Counted from the stretch's first letter, positions 39,338 to 49,347 are shown. The stretch is DNA of 64,000 bases from Candidatus Nomurabacteria bacterium RIFCSPHIGHO2_02_FULL_42_19 (GCA_001785615.1 MFUG01000013.1:11006-75005), one strand, 5' to 3'. Notes: generated by a model from the sequence alone, not told the origin. Numbers and translations: made by a program.

Positions 39338-39383
39338 TCAAGTGAATCTGGGTTTATTAGCTTTAATAGAAAATCGTAATTTT

Positions 39384-40040
39384 ATGAAAAAACACTTAAA
39401 ACCATTTGTATTTTTAGTAGTATTGGGCTTGATGCTTTCAAGCCCCACAGCCAGAGCGGAAGACAACGGTGACGCGGAAGATAATGACGGCAATAATAAT
39501 AGTAGACCAATTTTTAATCAGTTAATAAAAACTGACCGAGAAGCATTTAGGGAAAAAGTTAAAACTGAAAGAAGGGACTTTGTTGAAAAATTAAAGACCG
39601 ATCGCGAAAAATTTAGGTCCGAAGTTAGAATAAAAAAAGAGGAATTCAGGTCAGCCAGTAAAGAAAGAAAGGCAGAATTTCGAAGCAGGGCCAGAGAGAT
39701 GCTGAGCCAAAGATTTGAAGTGGTTGTTGCCAATCTTGAAAAGATTCAGGCCCGAGTTGGTGAAATAATTGAAAAATTAAAGGCAGATGGCAAAGACACT
39801 GAAGATGCGGAGAGTTACTTGGATTTATCTGAGCAAAAATTAGAGGCGGCGAAAGATAAAGTGGCTGAAATCAAGGCCCTAATTCCTGACACGGACGAGA
39901 AAGTCACCCCGGAAGTATTTGAACAAATTAAACTCCTAGCCAGAGAAGCCAAGGACTTGCTGAAGGAGTCCCACAGCGCTCTTCGAGATGCAATTAAAGA
40001 AATAAAGGATTTAAGGGGTGAAGATAATATTACAAACTAA
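39384..40040 (+). CDS. Secreted coiled-coil hypothetical protein
   Basis: Signal peptide ending ARA-E, charged helical repeats; start MKKHLK. Confidence 0.65.
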   Translation: MKKHLKPFVFLVVLGLMLSSPTARAEDNGDAEDNDGNNNSRPIFNQLIKTDREAFREKVKTERRDFVEKLKTDREKFRSEVRIKKEEFRSASKERKAEFRSRAREMLSQRFEVVVANLEKIQARVGEIIEKLKADGKDTEDAESYLDLSEQKLEAAKDKVAEIKALIPDTDEKVTPEVFEQIKLLAREAKDLLKESHSALRDAIKEIKDLRGEDNITN

Positions 40041-40051
40041 TTTTCAAAACC

Positions 40052-40261
40052 ATGGAACCAGAACAAAAAACAAACGGCGCGCTAATTGGTTCAGTTATCA
40101 TAATAATAATCTTGATCGTTGGCGGGATTTTCCTTTGGAAAACCAGCTTAAAAGAGAGACCAGTGCCAACTGATGAGGGTAGTACTTCGGAGGACGATAC
40201 GGCAAGCATGGAAGCAGAATTAAACGCTATGGATTTAGAGAATCTGGATGGGGGTATCTAA
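40052..40261 (+). CDS. Small single-TM protein
   Basis: 69 aa, hydrophobic stretch followed by acidic tail, in operon with tig. Confidence 0.6.
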   Translation: MEPEQKTNGALIGSVIIIIILIVGGIFLWKTSLKERPVPTDEGSTSEDDTASMEAELNAMDLENLDGGI

Positions 40262-41299
40262 ATGAAAATCACAGTCAAGAAATTACCAAAAAGCGAAATA
40301 GAAATTGAGGGTGAGCTAGAAAGTGAATTATTGGAAAACTATTACTCTCCGGCGCTTAAAAAAATGGGTGCCACTTTAGAGCTCCCTGGTTTTAGAAAGG
40401 GTAAAATACCAAATAACGTCCTTGTTTCTAAAGTTGGAGACATGCGGATTTTGGAAGAGATGGCCGAGCTGGCGCTTTCGGAATACTATCCAAAGATAAT
40501 AGAGCAGGAAAAATTAGATGTAGTTGGCCGACCGGAAATTTCTATTACTAAGTTAGCCCGGAAAAATCCTCTTGGTTTTAAGATTAAAACCGCTGTGTTG
40601 CCGGAAATTAAATTACCTGATTATAAAAAAATCGCCAAAAAAGTGCTTGGAGGGATTACGGAAGCGGAAAAAAGGGTAACAGTATCGGATGAAGACGTAG
40701 AAAACACCATTATGGATATTAGAAAATCCCGCGCGCCGAAAAAGCATGTAACGGAAGAAGCAAAAGAAGCAGAAAAAGAAGAGTTGCCAGAATTAAATGA
40801 TGCTTTTGTGCAAACGCTCGGACCCTTCAAAGGTGTGGCGGATTTTAAGGTTAAACTGCGAGAAAATATAAAACTGGAAAAAGAAAATCAAGTGAAAGAA
40901 AAAACCCGACTGAAAATTATTGAGAAAATAATAGAAGATACGGAAGTGGAAACGCCAGAAATTTTAATTGAAGCAGAGCTGAGTAAAATCATGTATCGAA
41001 TGGAGTCCGACATTACCCAGATGGGGCTAAAATTTGAGGATTATTTGAAACATTTAAATAAAACCATAGCGGACTTAAGAAAAGAATTTAGAAACGACGC
41101 AGAAAAGAAAACCAAGCTCGGGCTTGTGTTAAACGAGATCGCTAAGACAGAAAAAATTGTCGCGGATGAAACCGAAGTGGCAAAAGAAGTGGCGCATATA
41201 CTAGAGCACTATAAGGATGCGGACCCCGAGCGAGCTCGCATGCACGCCGAAAATGTTCTCACGAACGAGAAAATCTTTCAGTTTTTGGAAACGCAGTAA
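40262..41299 (+). CDS. tig: Trigger factor (PPIase domain reduced)
   Basis: PGFRKGKIP ribosome-binding loop; ELPELND. Confidence 0.9.
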   Translation: MKITVKKLPKSEIEIEGELESELLENYYSPALKKMGATLELPGFRKGKIPNNVLVSKVGDMRILEEMAELALSEYYPKIIEQEKLDVVGRPEISITKLARKNPLGFKIKTAVLPEIKLPDYKKIAKKVLGGITEAEKRVTVSDEDVENTIMDIRKSRAPKKHVTEEAKEAEKEELPELNDAFVQTLGPFKGVADFKVKLRENIKLEKENQVKEKTRLKIIEKIIEDTEVETPEILIEAELSKIMYRMESDITQMGLKFEDYLKHLNKTIADLRKEFRNDAEKKTKLGLVLNEIAKTEKIVADETEVAKEVAHILEHYKDADPERARMHAENVLTNEKIFQFLETQ

Positions 41300-41364
41300 T
41301 GCTGGCAGTAGGTCAATATTTTGTAAAGTTGGTAATTCTAGCATATGCGGAAATTACTCACTTT

Positions 41365-42339
41365 TTACTTATACCCAAGAATTTTCGCTCCGTTGGTAGA
41401 AGCAATTTCAACGAGCGCGTCAAGGTTGTAATATCGGCAGGCCTCCTGCATCAAACGCAATTCCGTCCACATATCCCCGTCCACAAATGGCTCATAGAAG
41501 TCCGCAATGTTGTCCACGCCCAGGCCTACCAGTACCCCTGCCTCCAGCATTTCTGGTACATTGGCAATGGAATTATGTACTGGCGCTGTGTGCTGATCTA
41601 GCTGACGCATAGAAAGAGCAGCCGAAGGACACACGGCAACCGCGATACCGAGTTCCGCCATTTCTTTATAAATTTTCATGCGATATTCTTTCGGCTGGGC
41701 CGAAGTGGAGATAGCATGCACGGCTACCGTTCGGCCTTGGTAGCCGTAACGTTTTACCGCCTCAATTAATTTCTCCGTATCGCGTTCATCCGGGTTATTT
41801 TCCTGGTCAATGTGCACGTGGATTGGTTTATTTAATTTTTTAGCAATTTCAAAAAGATAGTCCAAATGTTTCGTATCATCCGGCCGATCCTTGGACGGTA
41901 GTCCGCCGGCAATGTCCGCTTTGGCTGTAATTTCTTCGTAAAGAGCGCGAGCTTTATCGTCCACCAACCCGCCTAAAGGTTGAGTAATAGTAAGTAAAGT
42001 AATTTTATCTTTATATTCGAGTTTTACTTCGTTGGCCGCGTCTATCGCCTTGTGCCCAACGGCGTCATAAGCATCCACGAAAGTGCAAGTTAGTTTGCAT
42101 CCTTGTTTAATCAAGCCGTCGAGGGCTCTTTTTATTCTCTCTTTTATCTCGGGCACCGTGGCCGCCCGTTTTATACCATCACTCATACGCCACTTTTCTT
42201 CCATACTAACCATGGACTTATCTAAACCTTCACGGGTAATGTAATAGGCCTTGTCAAAATGTGCGTGGCAGTTCACAAATCCGCCATTTTTTTTGATGGC
42301 CTCAAGCATTTGTGTTTTTAAGTCCCAAGGTTTATGCAT
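41365..42339 (-). CDS. Amidohydrolase family protein (cytosine-deaminase-like)
   Basis: NCHAHFDK, HVHIDQ, AVHA, GVDN metal ligands. Confidence 0.8.
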   Translation of the reverse strand: MHKPWDLKTQMLEAIKKNGGFVNCHAHFDKAYYITREGLDKSMVSMEEKWRMSDGIKRAATVPEIKERIKRALDGLIKQGCKLTCTFVDAYDAVGHKAIDAANEVKLEYKDKITLLTITQPLGGLVDDKARALYEEITAKADIAGGLPSKDRPDDTKHLDYLFEIAKKLNKPIHVHIDQENNPDERDTEKLIEAVKRYGYQGRTVAVHAISTSAQPKEYRMKIYKEMAELGIAVAVCPSAALSMRQLDQHTAPVHNSIANVPEMLEAGVLVGLGVDNIADFYEPFVDGDMWTELRLMQEACRYYNLDALVEIASTNGAKILGYK

Positions 42340-43522
42340 ATTTTTCTTTTATTTCTTGGTAGGCCTCCCTCCAATTTTTACCCTTTTTAACTAACTTCAG
42401 GGCTAGGTCGGTGGCGTAAAGTTCTGGACTGCAGGCATTTTCCAAATTTTTTTTCTTGGCTTCTAAATTTTTGATGACCAGGGTCATGACTTCGATGGTT
42501 TCAAGCGCAAGTTTCATGCCTTTTATATACGGCTCTTTGGTGAGCTGAAAATCCCTGTTATATCCGGCCATTAAGGCCTTTATCACATTCTCTATTTGAT
42601 GTTGGTAGCCATTGAAGATGCCGATATTCCCCCTGATTAGTTCCAACACGTCATAATTCTTCTTCTGGGGCATAATGCTGGAGCCCGTCTTAAAAGAGTC
42701 CGGCAGGGTAAAAAAATTAAATTCTTTAGTAGTGAAGAGAAGTAGGTCATTCGCGATTTTACCAAGATCAAACATCACACCTCCGACGGATTGTAAAATA
42801 ATGTTCTCAAATTTCCCGCGAGACATGGCGCAATACATTGGATTGTCCTGAATTTTCTTAAAACCCAATTCTTTAGTGGTAAATTTTCTATCCAAGCCAA
42901 GAATTTTTTCGCCGTAGCCAGCCGCGGAGCCGAGAGGGTTCTGGTCTGTCACTTTCCTCACCGCTTCAAGTAAAATTAGGTCGTCTTTTAAGCTGTCATG
43001 GTAGGAACCGAGCCACATCCCCACCGAGCTAGGCATGGCTCTCTGCATATGAGTATAGCCAGGCATTTTTATTTTACCTTGTTTTTTTATTTGCTGGGCT
43101 AGTGTTTTAATTAAATTTTCTACTTTCTTTTCAACTTCTAACAATTTTTCTTTACTGAAAAGACGCGTCATGGTTAAGGACTGATCATTGCGGGAGCGTC
43201 CAGTGTGAACTTTCTTGCCTACTTCACCGTAATTTTCTGTCAGGTAGGCCTCAATGGCGGTATGGCCGTCTTCTTGGGACTTATCAATTTTGAATGATCC
43301 CCTCTTCCAGAGCGACAAGATTTTATTTAGTCCATTTATCAATAATTTGAGTTCTTTGTCATTTAATATTTTTATTTTGCGTAACATTTTAGCATGAGCC
43401 ATTGTGCCCTTTATGTCGTAAGACAAGAGTTCTAAGTCGAGCAGATAGTCAACCCCGACAGTGTAGTTTTCCACCACGCTGTTGGTCTTGGTCCCTCCTT
43501 TTTTATCCCATAGTTTTTTCAT
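42332..43522 (-). CDS. argH: Argininosuccinate lyase
   Basis: HTGRSRNDQ, PGYTHMQRA, GSSIMPQKKN. Confidence 0.88.
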   Translation of the reverse strand: MKKLWDKKGGTKTNSVVENYTVGVDYLLDLELLSYDIKGTMAHAKMLRKIKILNDKELKLLINGLNKILSLWKRGSFKIDKSQEDGHTAIEAYLTENYGEVGKKVHTGRSRNDQSLTMTRLFSKEKLLEVEKKVENLIKTLAQQIKKQGKIKMPGYTHMQRAMPSSVGMWLGSYHDSLKDDLILLEAVRKVTDQNPLGSAAGYGEKILGLDRKFTTKELGFKKIQDNPMYCAMSRGKFENIILQSVGGVMFDLGKIANDLLLFTTKEFNFFTLPDSFKTGSSIMPQKKNYDVLELIRGNIGIFNGYQHQIENVIKALMAGYNRDFQLTKEPYIKGMKLALETIEVMTLVIKNLEAKKKNLENACSPELYATDLALKLVKKGKNWREAYQEIKEKYA

Positions 43523-43548
43523 AGTTTTTTAGTTAATTATTCGTAGAC

Positions 43549-43677
43549 AAAAAAATAACCCCGCGACTGGGGTTTTTAGTGGAAACAGAAAAAAGCGTTC
43601 GGGTGTAGCACTTATGAAACTTTTTACCTAGACAGCACATTAGGTAAGATGGTAGCACCCTGCCACTGATGGAGCAA
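43549..43677 (-). promoter_or_regulatory. argH promoter and leader ending in an intrinsic terminator (attenuator-like)
   Basis: TTGCTC-N17-TACCAT; AACCCC-AGTCGC-GGGGTT-ATTTTTTT 26 nt upstream of the argH ATG. Confidence 0.6.
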
Positions 43678-43739
43678 GTGGAAAACTTTGAGATAAATTT
43701 ATTACTTGAAAAATTTCTAAAAAGGTATAATATATAAAT

Positions 43740-44339
43740 ATGTTAATACCTACGGTTATAGAAAAATCGCAGTTCGGGGAGAGAGCTTATGATATTTACT
43801 CTCGCCTTTTGCGCGAGCGCATTATATTCTTGGGCGGTCCGATTGACGACAATACGGCCAATATCATCATTGCCCAGCTTCTTTTCCTGGAGTCCGAAGA
43901 CCCGAAGAAAGACGTCTTCCTTTACATAAATTCTCCGGGCGGTTCGGTCACCTCTACCATGGCCATAGTGGACACCATGAACCATGTGCGTCCGGATATT
44001 TCTACTTTTTGTGTGGGCTTAGCGGCCTCCGGCGGAGCAATTATTCTCTCCGCTGGTAAAAAGGGCAAACGCTATATCCTGCCGAATGCCGAAGTGATGA
44101 TTCATCAGCCGCTCGGCGGGGTGGAAGGTCAGGCCTCCGACATTGCCATTACGGCTAAACATATTTTGAAGACCAGAGATAATTTAAATAAATTGTTAGC
44201 GAAAAATACCGGCAAGTCCCTAGTGCAAGTAGAAAAAGACGTGGAGCGGGACTTCTTCATGGATGCCGAGGAGGCCAAAAATTATGGAATTATAGATGAA
44301 ATAGTAACGAAGTCCAAAGCCCCCGTAGCGAAATCCTAA
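43740..44339 (+). CDS. clpP: ATP-dependent Clp protease proteolytic subunit
   Basis: [29 protein letters not shown]. Confidence 0.97.
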   Translation: MLIPTVIEKSQFGERAYDIYSRLLRERIIFLGGPIDDNTANIIIAQLLFLESEDPKKDVFLYINSPGGSVTSTMAIVDTMNHVRPDISTFCVGLAASGGAIILSAGKKGKRYILPNAEVMIHQPLGGVEGQASDIAITAKHILKTRDNLNKLLAKNTGKSLVQVEKDVERDFFMDAEEAKNYGIIDEIVTKSKAPVAKS

Positions 44340-44342
44340 CAA

Positions 44343-46232
44343 CTATTTTATTTCTATCGTGCCTCCCGTGTTGCCAGCCACGATGTACTCGGCGACTTTG
44401 TTTTCCACAATTTTTTCTATAGCGCGCTTAATCGGACGAGCGCCAAATTCTGGGTCAAAACCGGCTGTAGAAACTTTATCAATTAGGGCATCCGTTACTA
44501 AAAGTTTAATATTATTGTCGGCGAGTAAGCGCGCGGCTAGTTCTCGAAGGAGCAGTGAAGATATTTTTCTCGCCTGCGATTGGTCAAGCGGCCTAAAAAG
44601 AATAATGGAGCTCCATCTATTCAAAAATTCCGGGGCAAATATATTATCTTTGATTAAAGTATTAATTAACTCTTTTTTCTCAATGGAACGATTTTGAATA
44701 ATATTAATACTGCCGGCGTTCGAGGTGGCAATAATAATGGCGTTCTTAAAACTTGCTTCCCACCCACTGCCACGAGTTAGGCGACCTTCATCCAATATTT
44801 GCAAAAGCAAGTTCAGAATTAGCCGATTGGACTTCTCCAGCTCGTCAAAAAATACCAGAGACAACGGCGCCTCTTCTACGACCGAAACCAATCGATTGAC
44901 AAAGAGAGGAAGGGAATCCGGCAGAGAAAATTCACTCATGTCAAAACGAATCATGGCATCCTTGCGACCGAAATAACATTCGGCTAAAATCTTGGCCGTA
45001 TAGGTTTTACCAACTCCAGTAGGACCTAAAAAAAGAAAACTCCCAGCCGGCTTGTTGGGGTCGGCGACCCCAGAGCGTAAGCGACGAAGGGCCAGAGAGA
45101 CGTCTTCGACTGCTTCGTCTTGCCCAACAATTTTGCTTTTCATTAAACTCTCGAGCTCCACCAACACTTTCTTTTCGTCTGCGCCAATAGCGCCTATGGG
45201 GATGTTGGTCTTGTCAGATACGATTTGCCTAACATCGTCTATCGTGATTGACTTTTCTAGCGTGCGCAACTCTTCAAGAATGGCGACCGACTTGGCGGGC
45301 TCGGGTTGGTTGCCAATCAGCCGATCAGCAAGCCGTACGATCTCTTGAAGCGCTTCATCGCTAATTCTAATTTCATTCTGACGGGCATAATTAATAAGCA
45401 CCGCCATCGTGTCGGCCGGAGCTGTTTCTTCTATGCTTACTTTTTCAAATTGGGAAACAAATTCGGGGTGTTTTTTTAATACTTCATTGTAATTAAAAAA
45501 ATCCGTGATGGCCACAATGCCAAGATTGGGTAATTGCAAGTACGGCATCAGCCGTTCGTACAGGGACTCATAAGCATGGATATTTTTGAGAACCAAAATA
45601 ACATTCCCGGCCGCGGCCGCTTCTTTCAGACATTTGTCAAAATCCGGCAAGCTTAAATTTTCCAGATATAGCTCTACCACTCGATGCAGACGAATGCCCT
45701 TGAAAGAAACCCCTGACTGTCCCAGACGGCCCAGGTGGCCAACAATGGTGGATTTGCCCGTACCGGCACCGCCCAGCAGCAGCACATTGTGATTTACATT
45801 ATTAGAAAGCCCGCGTTCAATCATCCGCAGAGCTTTTTCTTTGCCGAAAAGTTTTACCCGAGGCGACCCGGCAAGCTCGCGGCTGTGCACGTTGAGCGTA
45901 TAAGTATTACCATAAGAAAGAAAAGCGCCGAAGCTTCCGAGGCCCTCTAAATATTCACGGCTAATTTTAATCGGTAGTAATAAAAAAATCGGAAAGGTTA
46001 AAAACACAACGGTGGTAAATAAAAGACCGATAATTATAAAAACAACGCGAGCGACAAACCCCAAAGTCCGCGATAATATGGCAAAAACCATTTTTTCAAA
46101 AAAAGAATAATTGCCCTTGATATCCGTATCTCTCTCCCAGGGAGCAAAAAGAGTTCCGACAAGCAGCGGAACAGAAAAAGCGTTAAAAGCGTAGGATAGA
46201 AGGTTTTTCCAGGACGTTAAGCCAGAGGGCAT
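44343..46232 (-). CDS. Membrane-anchored ClpA/B-like AAA+ ATPase
   Basis: N-terminal TMs; GGAGTGKS; FLGPTGVGKT, FDELEK, GARPIKR. Confidence 0.8.
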   Translation of the reverse strand: MPSGLTSWKNLLSYAFNAFSVPLLVGTLFAPWERDTDIKGNYSFFEKMVFAILSRTLGFVARVVFIIIGLLFTTVVFLTFPIFLLLPIKISREYLEGLGSFGAFLSYGNTYTLNVHSRELAGSPRVKLFGKEKALRMIERGLSNNVNHNVLLLGGAGTGKSTIVGHLGRLGQSGVSFKGIRLHRVVELYLENLSLPDFDKCLKEAAAAGNVILVLKNIHAYESLYERLMPYLQLPNLGIVAITDFFNYNEVLKKHPEFVSQFEKVSIEETAPADTMAVLINYARQNEIRISDEALQEIVRLADRLIGNQPEPAKSVAILEELRTLEKSITIDDVRQIVSDKTNIPIGAIGADEKKVLVELESLMKSKIVGQDEAVEDVSLALRRLRSGVADPNKPAGSFLFLGPTGVGKTYTAKILAECYFGRKDAMIRFDMSEFSLPDSLPLFVNRLVSVVEEAPLSLVFFDELEKSNRLILNLLLQILDEGRLTRGSGWEASFKNAIIIATSNAGSINIIQNRSIEKKELINTLIKDNIFAPEFLNRWSSIILFRPLDQSQARKISSLLLRELAARLLADNNIKLLVTDALIDKVSTAGFDPEFGARPIKRAIEKIVENKVAEYIVAGNTGGTIEIK

Positions 46233-46458
46233 TTTTATATTCTAACACATATGGACAAGTCATTAGTAATCTGCTATACTTCATTCGTTGAAATTTACAA
46301 ATTATTTTCGCTTAACTTACGTCGGTTTATAGGAATATCCATATATTATGAAGTGTTCAAGAAAAAATCTAAGAGGAAATTTTCAAATCTTTAGAAAAAT
46401 CGCTCAAAAAGAACCGCAAATATAGTGGCTTGTTCTTATAAGTCGGGGTCACGGACTT

Positions 46459-47988
46459 ATGGGATTAACAATAATAACTCTAATCGGGGCTCTAGTGCTC
46501 CTTTTGGGCATAGGCATTGGGTATTATTTGCGCTTAATTATCGCGCTCGGGAAAAGGCGTTCTATTGAAATTGACATTAAGCAGATGATGGTTGCGGCCA
46601 AGGAAGAAGCGCAGAGAATCACGGACGAAGCAAAGAAAAAGTCGGAGAGAGACCTGGCTACCTTAAAAGAGGAAGAGAAAAAGAAGGAACAAGAGTTCAA
46701 AGAAACGGAAAAACGTCTTATTAAAAAAGACGAGTTTTTGGACGCCAGGCAAGTTGAAATAGATAAAGAAGTTGAGAATATAAAATTGAAAGTTGAAGAA
46801 ATAAAAAGAATTCAAGAAAAGGTTTCTAAAATAGAAGAGGAAAAAGCAAGCCAGCTGGAGAGAGTGGCGCGGCTTTCCCAGGAAGAAGCTAAGGAAGAGC
46901 TTCTAAAAGAAGTGGAAAAAAAGTATGAAGAGGATATTTTAAGCAGAATGCAAAAGTTGGAAAACACCAACGAGGAAAAGCTGGACCGAAGGGCGAAAGA
47001 TATTCTGGCCACCAGCATTCAGCGCCTGGCTTCTAGTACCGCCTCGGAATTAATGACTACGGTGGTATCAATTCCAAATAACGAAATCAAGGGCAAAATT
47101 ATCGGCAAAGAAGGCAGAAATATAAGGGCTTTTGAACGGGCCGCCGGAGTAGAACTCATCGTGGATGACACTCCCGGCTCTATTGTTATCTCTTCTTTTG
47201 ACCCGATCAGGCGGCAAGTAGCGCGCCTGGCGTTGGAGAATTTAATCTTAGATGGGCGCATTCAGCCGGCTAAAATTGAAGAACTGGTAGAAAAAGCGAA
47301 AGAAGAGATAAATAAAATAATCAAAGAGAAAGGTGAGCAGGCGGTGTATGAATGCGGAATCTTTAACTTTGATCCGCGCATTGTGGCTATCATCGGGCGG
47401 CTATACTTCCGCACTAGCTATGGACAAAACGTGCTTCAGCATTCCATTGAGATGGCGCACATTGCCGGCATGCTGGCGGAGGAACTTGGCGCGGATGTTG
47501 CCATTGCAAAAGCGGGGGCTTTGGTGCACGACATCGGCAAGGCGCTGGACCATGAAGTGCAAGGCACGCATATAGAGATAGGTATGCGCATACTGCAGAA
47601 GTTCGGCGCGGACGAAAAGATTATTACCGCCATGAAGAGCCATCATGAGGACTATCCATATGAAACAATAGAGTCCGTTATTGTGCAAACTGCGGACTCC
47701 ATTTCCGGTGGCCGCCCTGGAGCCCGCCGCGACTCCGTAGAAAACTACTTGAAACGTTTGAAGGAGCTGGAAGCATTGGTAAATGCCTTCCCGTCAGTGG
47801 AAAAATCCTACGCCCTGCAGGCCGGCCGTGAAATACGCATCTTCGTCACCCCGGAGAAAATTTCGGACGCCGAAGCCAAGCTCATGGCTCGCGATATTGC
47901 CATGAAAATAGAGCAAGAATTGAAATATCCCGGTGAAATCAAGGTCACTTTGATAAGGGAGACCCGGGTAATCGAGTATGCTAGATAA
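46459..47988 (+). CDS. rny: Ribonuclease Y
   Basis: N-terminal TM, coiled coil, KH GKIIGKEGRNIR, HD motif HDIGK. Confidence 0.96.
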   Translation: MGLTIITLIGALVLLLGIGIGYYLRLIIALGKRRSIEIDIKQMMVAAKEEAQRITDEAKKKSERDLATLKEEEKKKEQEFKETEKRLIKKDEFLDARQVEIDKEVENIKLKVEEIKRIQEKVSKIEEEKASQLERVARLSQEEAKEELLKEVEKKYEEDILSRMQKLENTNEEKLDRRAKDILATSIQRLASSTASELMTTVVSIPNNEIKGKIIGKEGRNIRAFERAAGVELIVDDTPGSIVISSFDPIRRQVARLALENLILDGRIQPAKIEELVEKAKEEINKIIKEKGEQAVYECGIFNFDPRIVAIIGRLYFRTSYGQNVLQHSIEMAHIAGMLAEELGADVAIAKAGALVHDIGKALDHEVQGTHIEIGMRILQKFGADEKIITAMKSHHEDYPYETIESVIVQTADSISGGRPGARRDSVENYLKRLKELEALVNAFPSVEKSYALQAGREIRIFVTPEKISDAEAKLMARDIAMKIEQELKYPGEIKVTLIRETRVIEYAR

Positions 47989-48005
47989 ATAGAGGATTTT
48001 AGGGC

Positions 48006-48042
48006 CCTGCCCCGCACCAAGTTGTAAACTTTGGTATGGGGT
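48006..48042. repeat. Intergenic REP-like hairpin
   Basis: CCTG-CCCCGCACCAA-GTTGTAAACT-TTGGTATGGGG. Confidence 0.5.
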
Positions 48043-48162
48043 TGCTCTTGAAATCCCCTTGATATATAATGCAGGAGAACTACAAAGGTAGTAATTTTAT
48101 AAGCAATTGGCCTCCGCCACGGCGGGGCAAGGTCGAGATATTACAAAAATCACTAAAAATAT

Positions 48163-48435
48163 ATGAATAAACAAGCATTAGCGGAGTGGGTACACGGAAA
48201 GCTTGGCGGTACAAAGGTCCAAGCAGAGGAAATCGTCGACGGATTGTTTGGCGCTATCATTGATACCTTGAAAAAGGGCGGTGAGGTCTCAATCGCCGGC
48301 TTCGGAATCTTTTCCGTAAAACAGAGAGCGGCTCGCATGGCTCGCAATCCAAAGACCGGAGAGCAGGTCAAAGTAGCAGCCAAGAAAGTTCCAAAATTCC
48401 GAGCAGCCAAAGGTTTGAAGGACACGATTGCCTAA
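48163..48435 (+). CDS. hup: DNA-binding protein HU
   Basis: GFGIF, RMARNPKTGE, PKFRAAKGLK. Confidence 0.95.
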   Translation: MNKQALAEWVHGKLGGTKVQAEEIVDGLFGAIIDTLKKGGEVSIAGFGIFSVKQRAARMARNPKTGEQVKVAAKKVPKFRAAKGLKDTIA

Positions 48436-48470
48436 ATTTCTGTTCGCCTCTGGCGGATTCTCTCGATATA

Positions 48471-48500
48471 AAAACAAAACCCCGAAAGGGGTTTTGTTTT
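48471..48500. terminator. Bidirectional intrinsic terminator between hup and lexA
   Basis: AAAACAAAACCCC-GAAA-GGGGTTTTGTTTT. Confidence 0.85.
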
Positions 48501-48515
48501 GGAATTTATAAAAAT

Positions 48516-49082
48516 TTAGTATTTCCTAATAACCGCTTTCAAAACCGCGATCACATTTAAGCTATGCTCCGGGTATATCGGCTTGTAGTTCTCATTGGCT
48601 GGTTCTAGCCAGGCCTTACTCCCTTGTTTACGAAAATATTTCATAGTGTACTCGCCGTCCACTTCCGCTATTACAATTTGCCTATCACGAGCCGTGTTGC
48701 ACCGCTCCACTAGCACCATATCTCCCTTTTCTATGTGCGCGTCAATCATGGAGTCCCCATCCACCTCCAACATGTATGTAAATTCTTTCTTGCCTACCAG
48801 CATTTCATCCAAGGAGACAGTGTCCGCCAATTCTTCATCTACCGTAGCTGGCAGTCCCGCTGTTACGAGCCCGAGCATCGGCACTTCCCCGAAAGAGTCC
48901 GTGGGCACTAGCCGGCCCAAGTGATCCTTCTCCACCAGCCCTGCCTCCACCATCTTCCCCACAATCTTAAAAACGGCATTCTTGGATTTGAAACCGAAAA
49001 TCCTCAGCATCTCCGAATATGTCGGCATACGATTTTCTTCTTTATAAAATGACTCTATCTTGGTCTGGTAAGGACTACGCAT
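48516..49082 (-). CDS. lexA: LexA-family repressor (S24)
   Basis: N-terminal HTH (PTYSE), VTAG cleavage site, GDSM serine, TMK lysine. Confidence 0.85.
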   Translation of the reverse strand: MRSPYQTKIESFYKEENRMPTYSEMLRIFGFKSKNAVFKIVGKMVEAGLVEKDHLGRLVPTDSFGEVPMLGLVTAGLPATVDEELADTVSLDEMLVGKKEFTYMLEVDGDSMIDAHIEKGDMVLVERCNTARDRQIVIAEVDGEYTMKYFRKQGSKAWLEPANENYKPIYPEHSLNVIAVLKAVIRKY

Positions 49083-49290
49083 AGATGTTTCGAATATCCT
49101 TACGGAAGAATAAGTGAATCATTCTTTGCGCGAAACTCTTGCGATTCAGATAGCGCATGCGGCGAAGCATGAGGCGGTGGTCTCGAGCTTCCCTGCTATA
49201 ATTCTCTCCGCGTATTATTTTATGATCAATAATTTTATTGATCTTCTGTATCTCCTTCTCTAACATTTTTAAGTATTGTGATTGTGACAT
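49075..49290 (-). CDS. Small basic hypothetical protein co-transcribed with lexA
   Basis: 71 aa, overlaps the lexA start. Confidence 0.6.
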   Translation of the reverse strand: MSQSQYLKMLEKEIQKINKIIDHKIIRGENYSREARDHRLMLRRMRYLNRKSFAQRMIHLFFRKDIRNIYA

Positions 49291-49347
49291 ATATTTTAAA
49301 AAGCTGATAGCTATTAGCTAACTAGCTGATTAGCTTGTAATCTATTT

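Noticed and set aside
41299-41601. This and other short ORFs antisense to or nested in called genes
   Set aside because: They overlap well-supported genes and have no motifs; treated as shadow ORFs.
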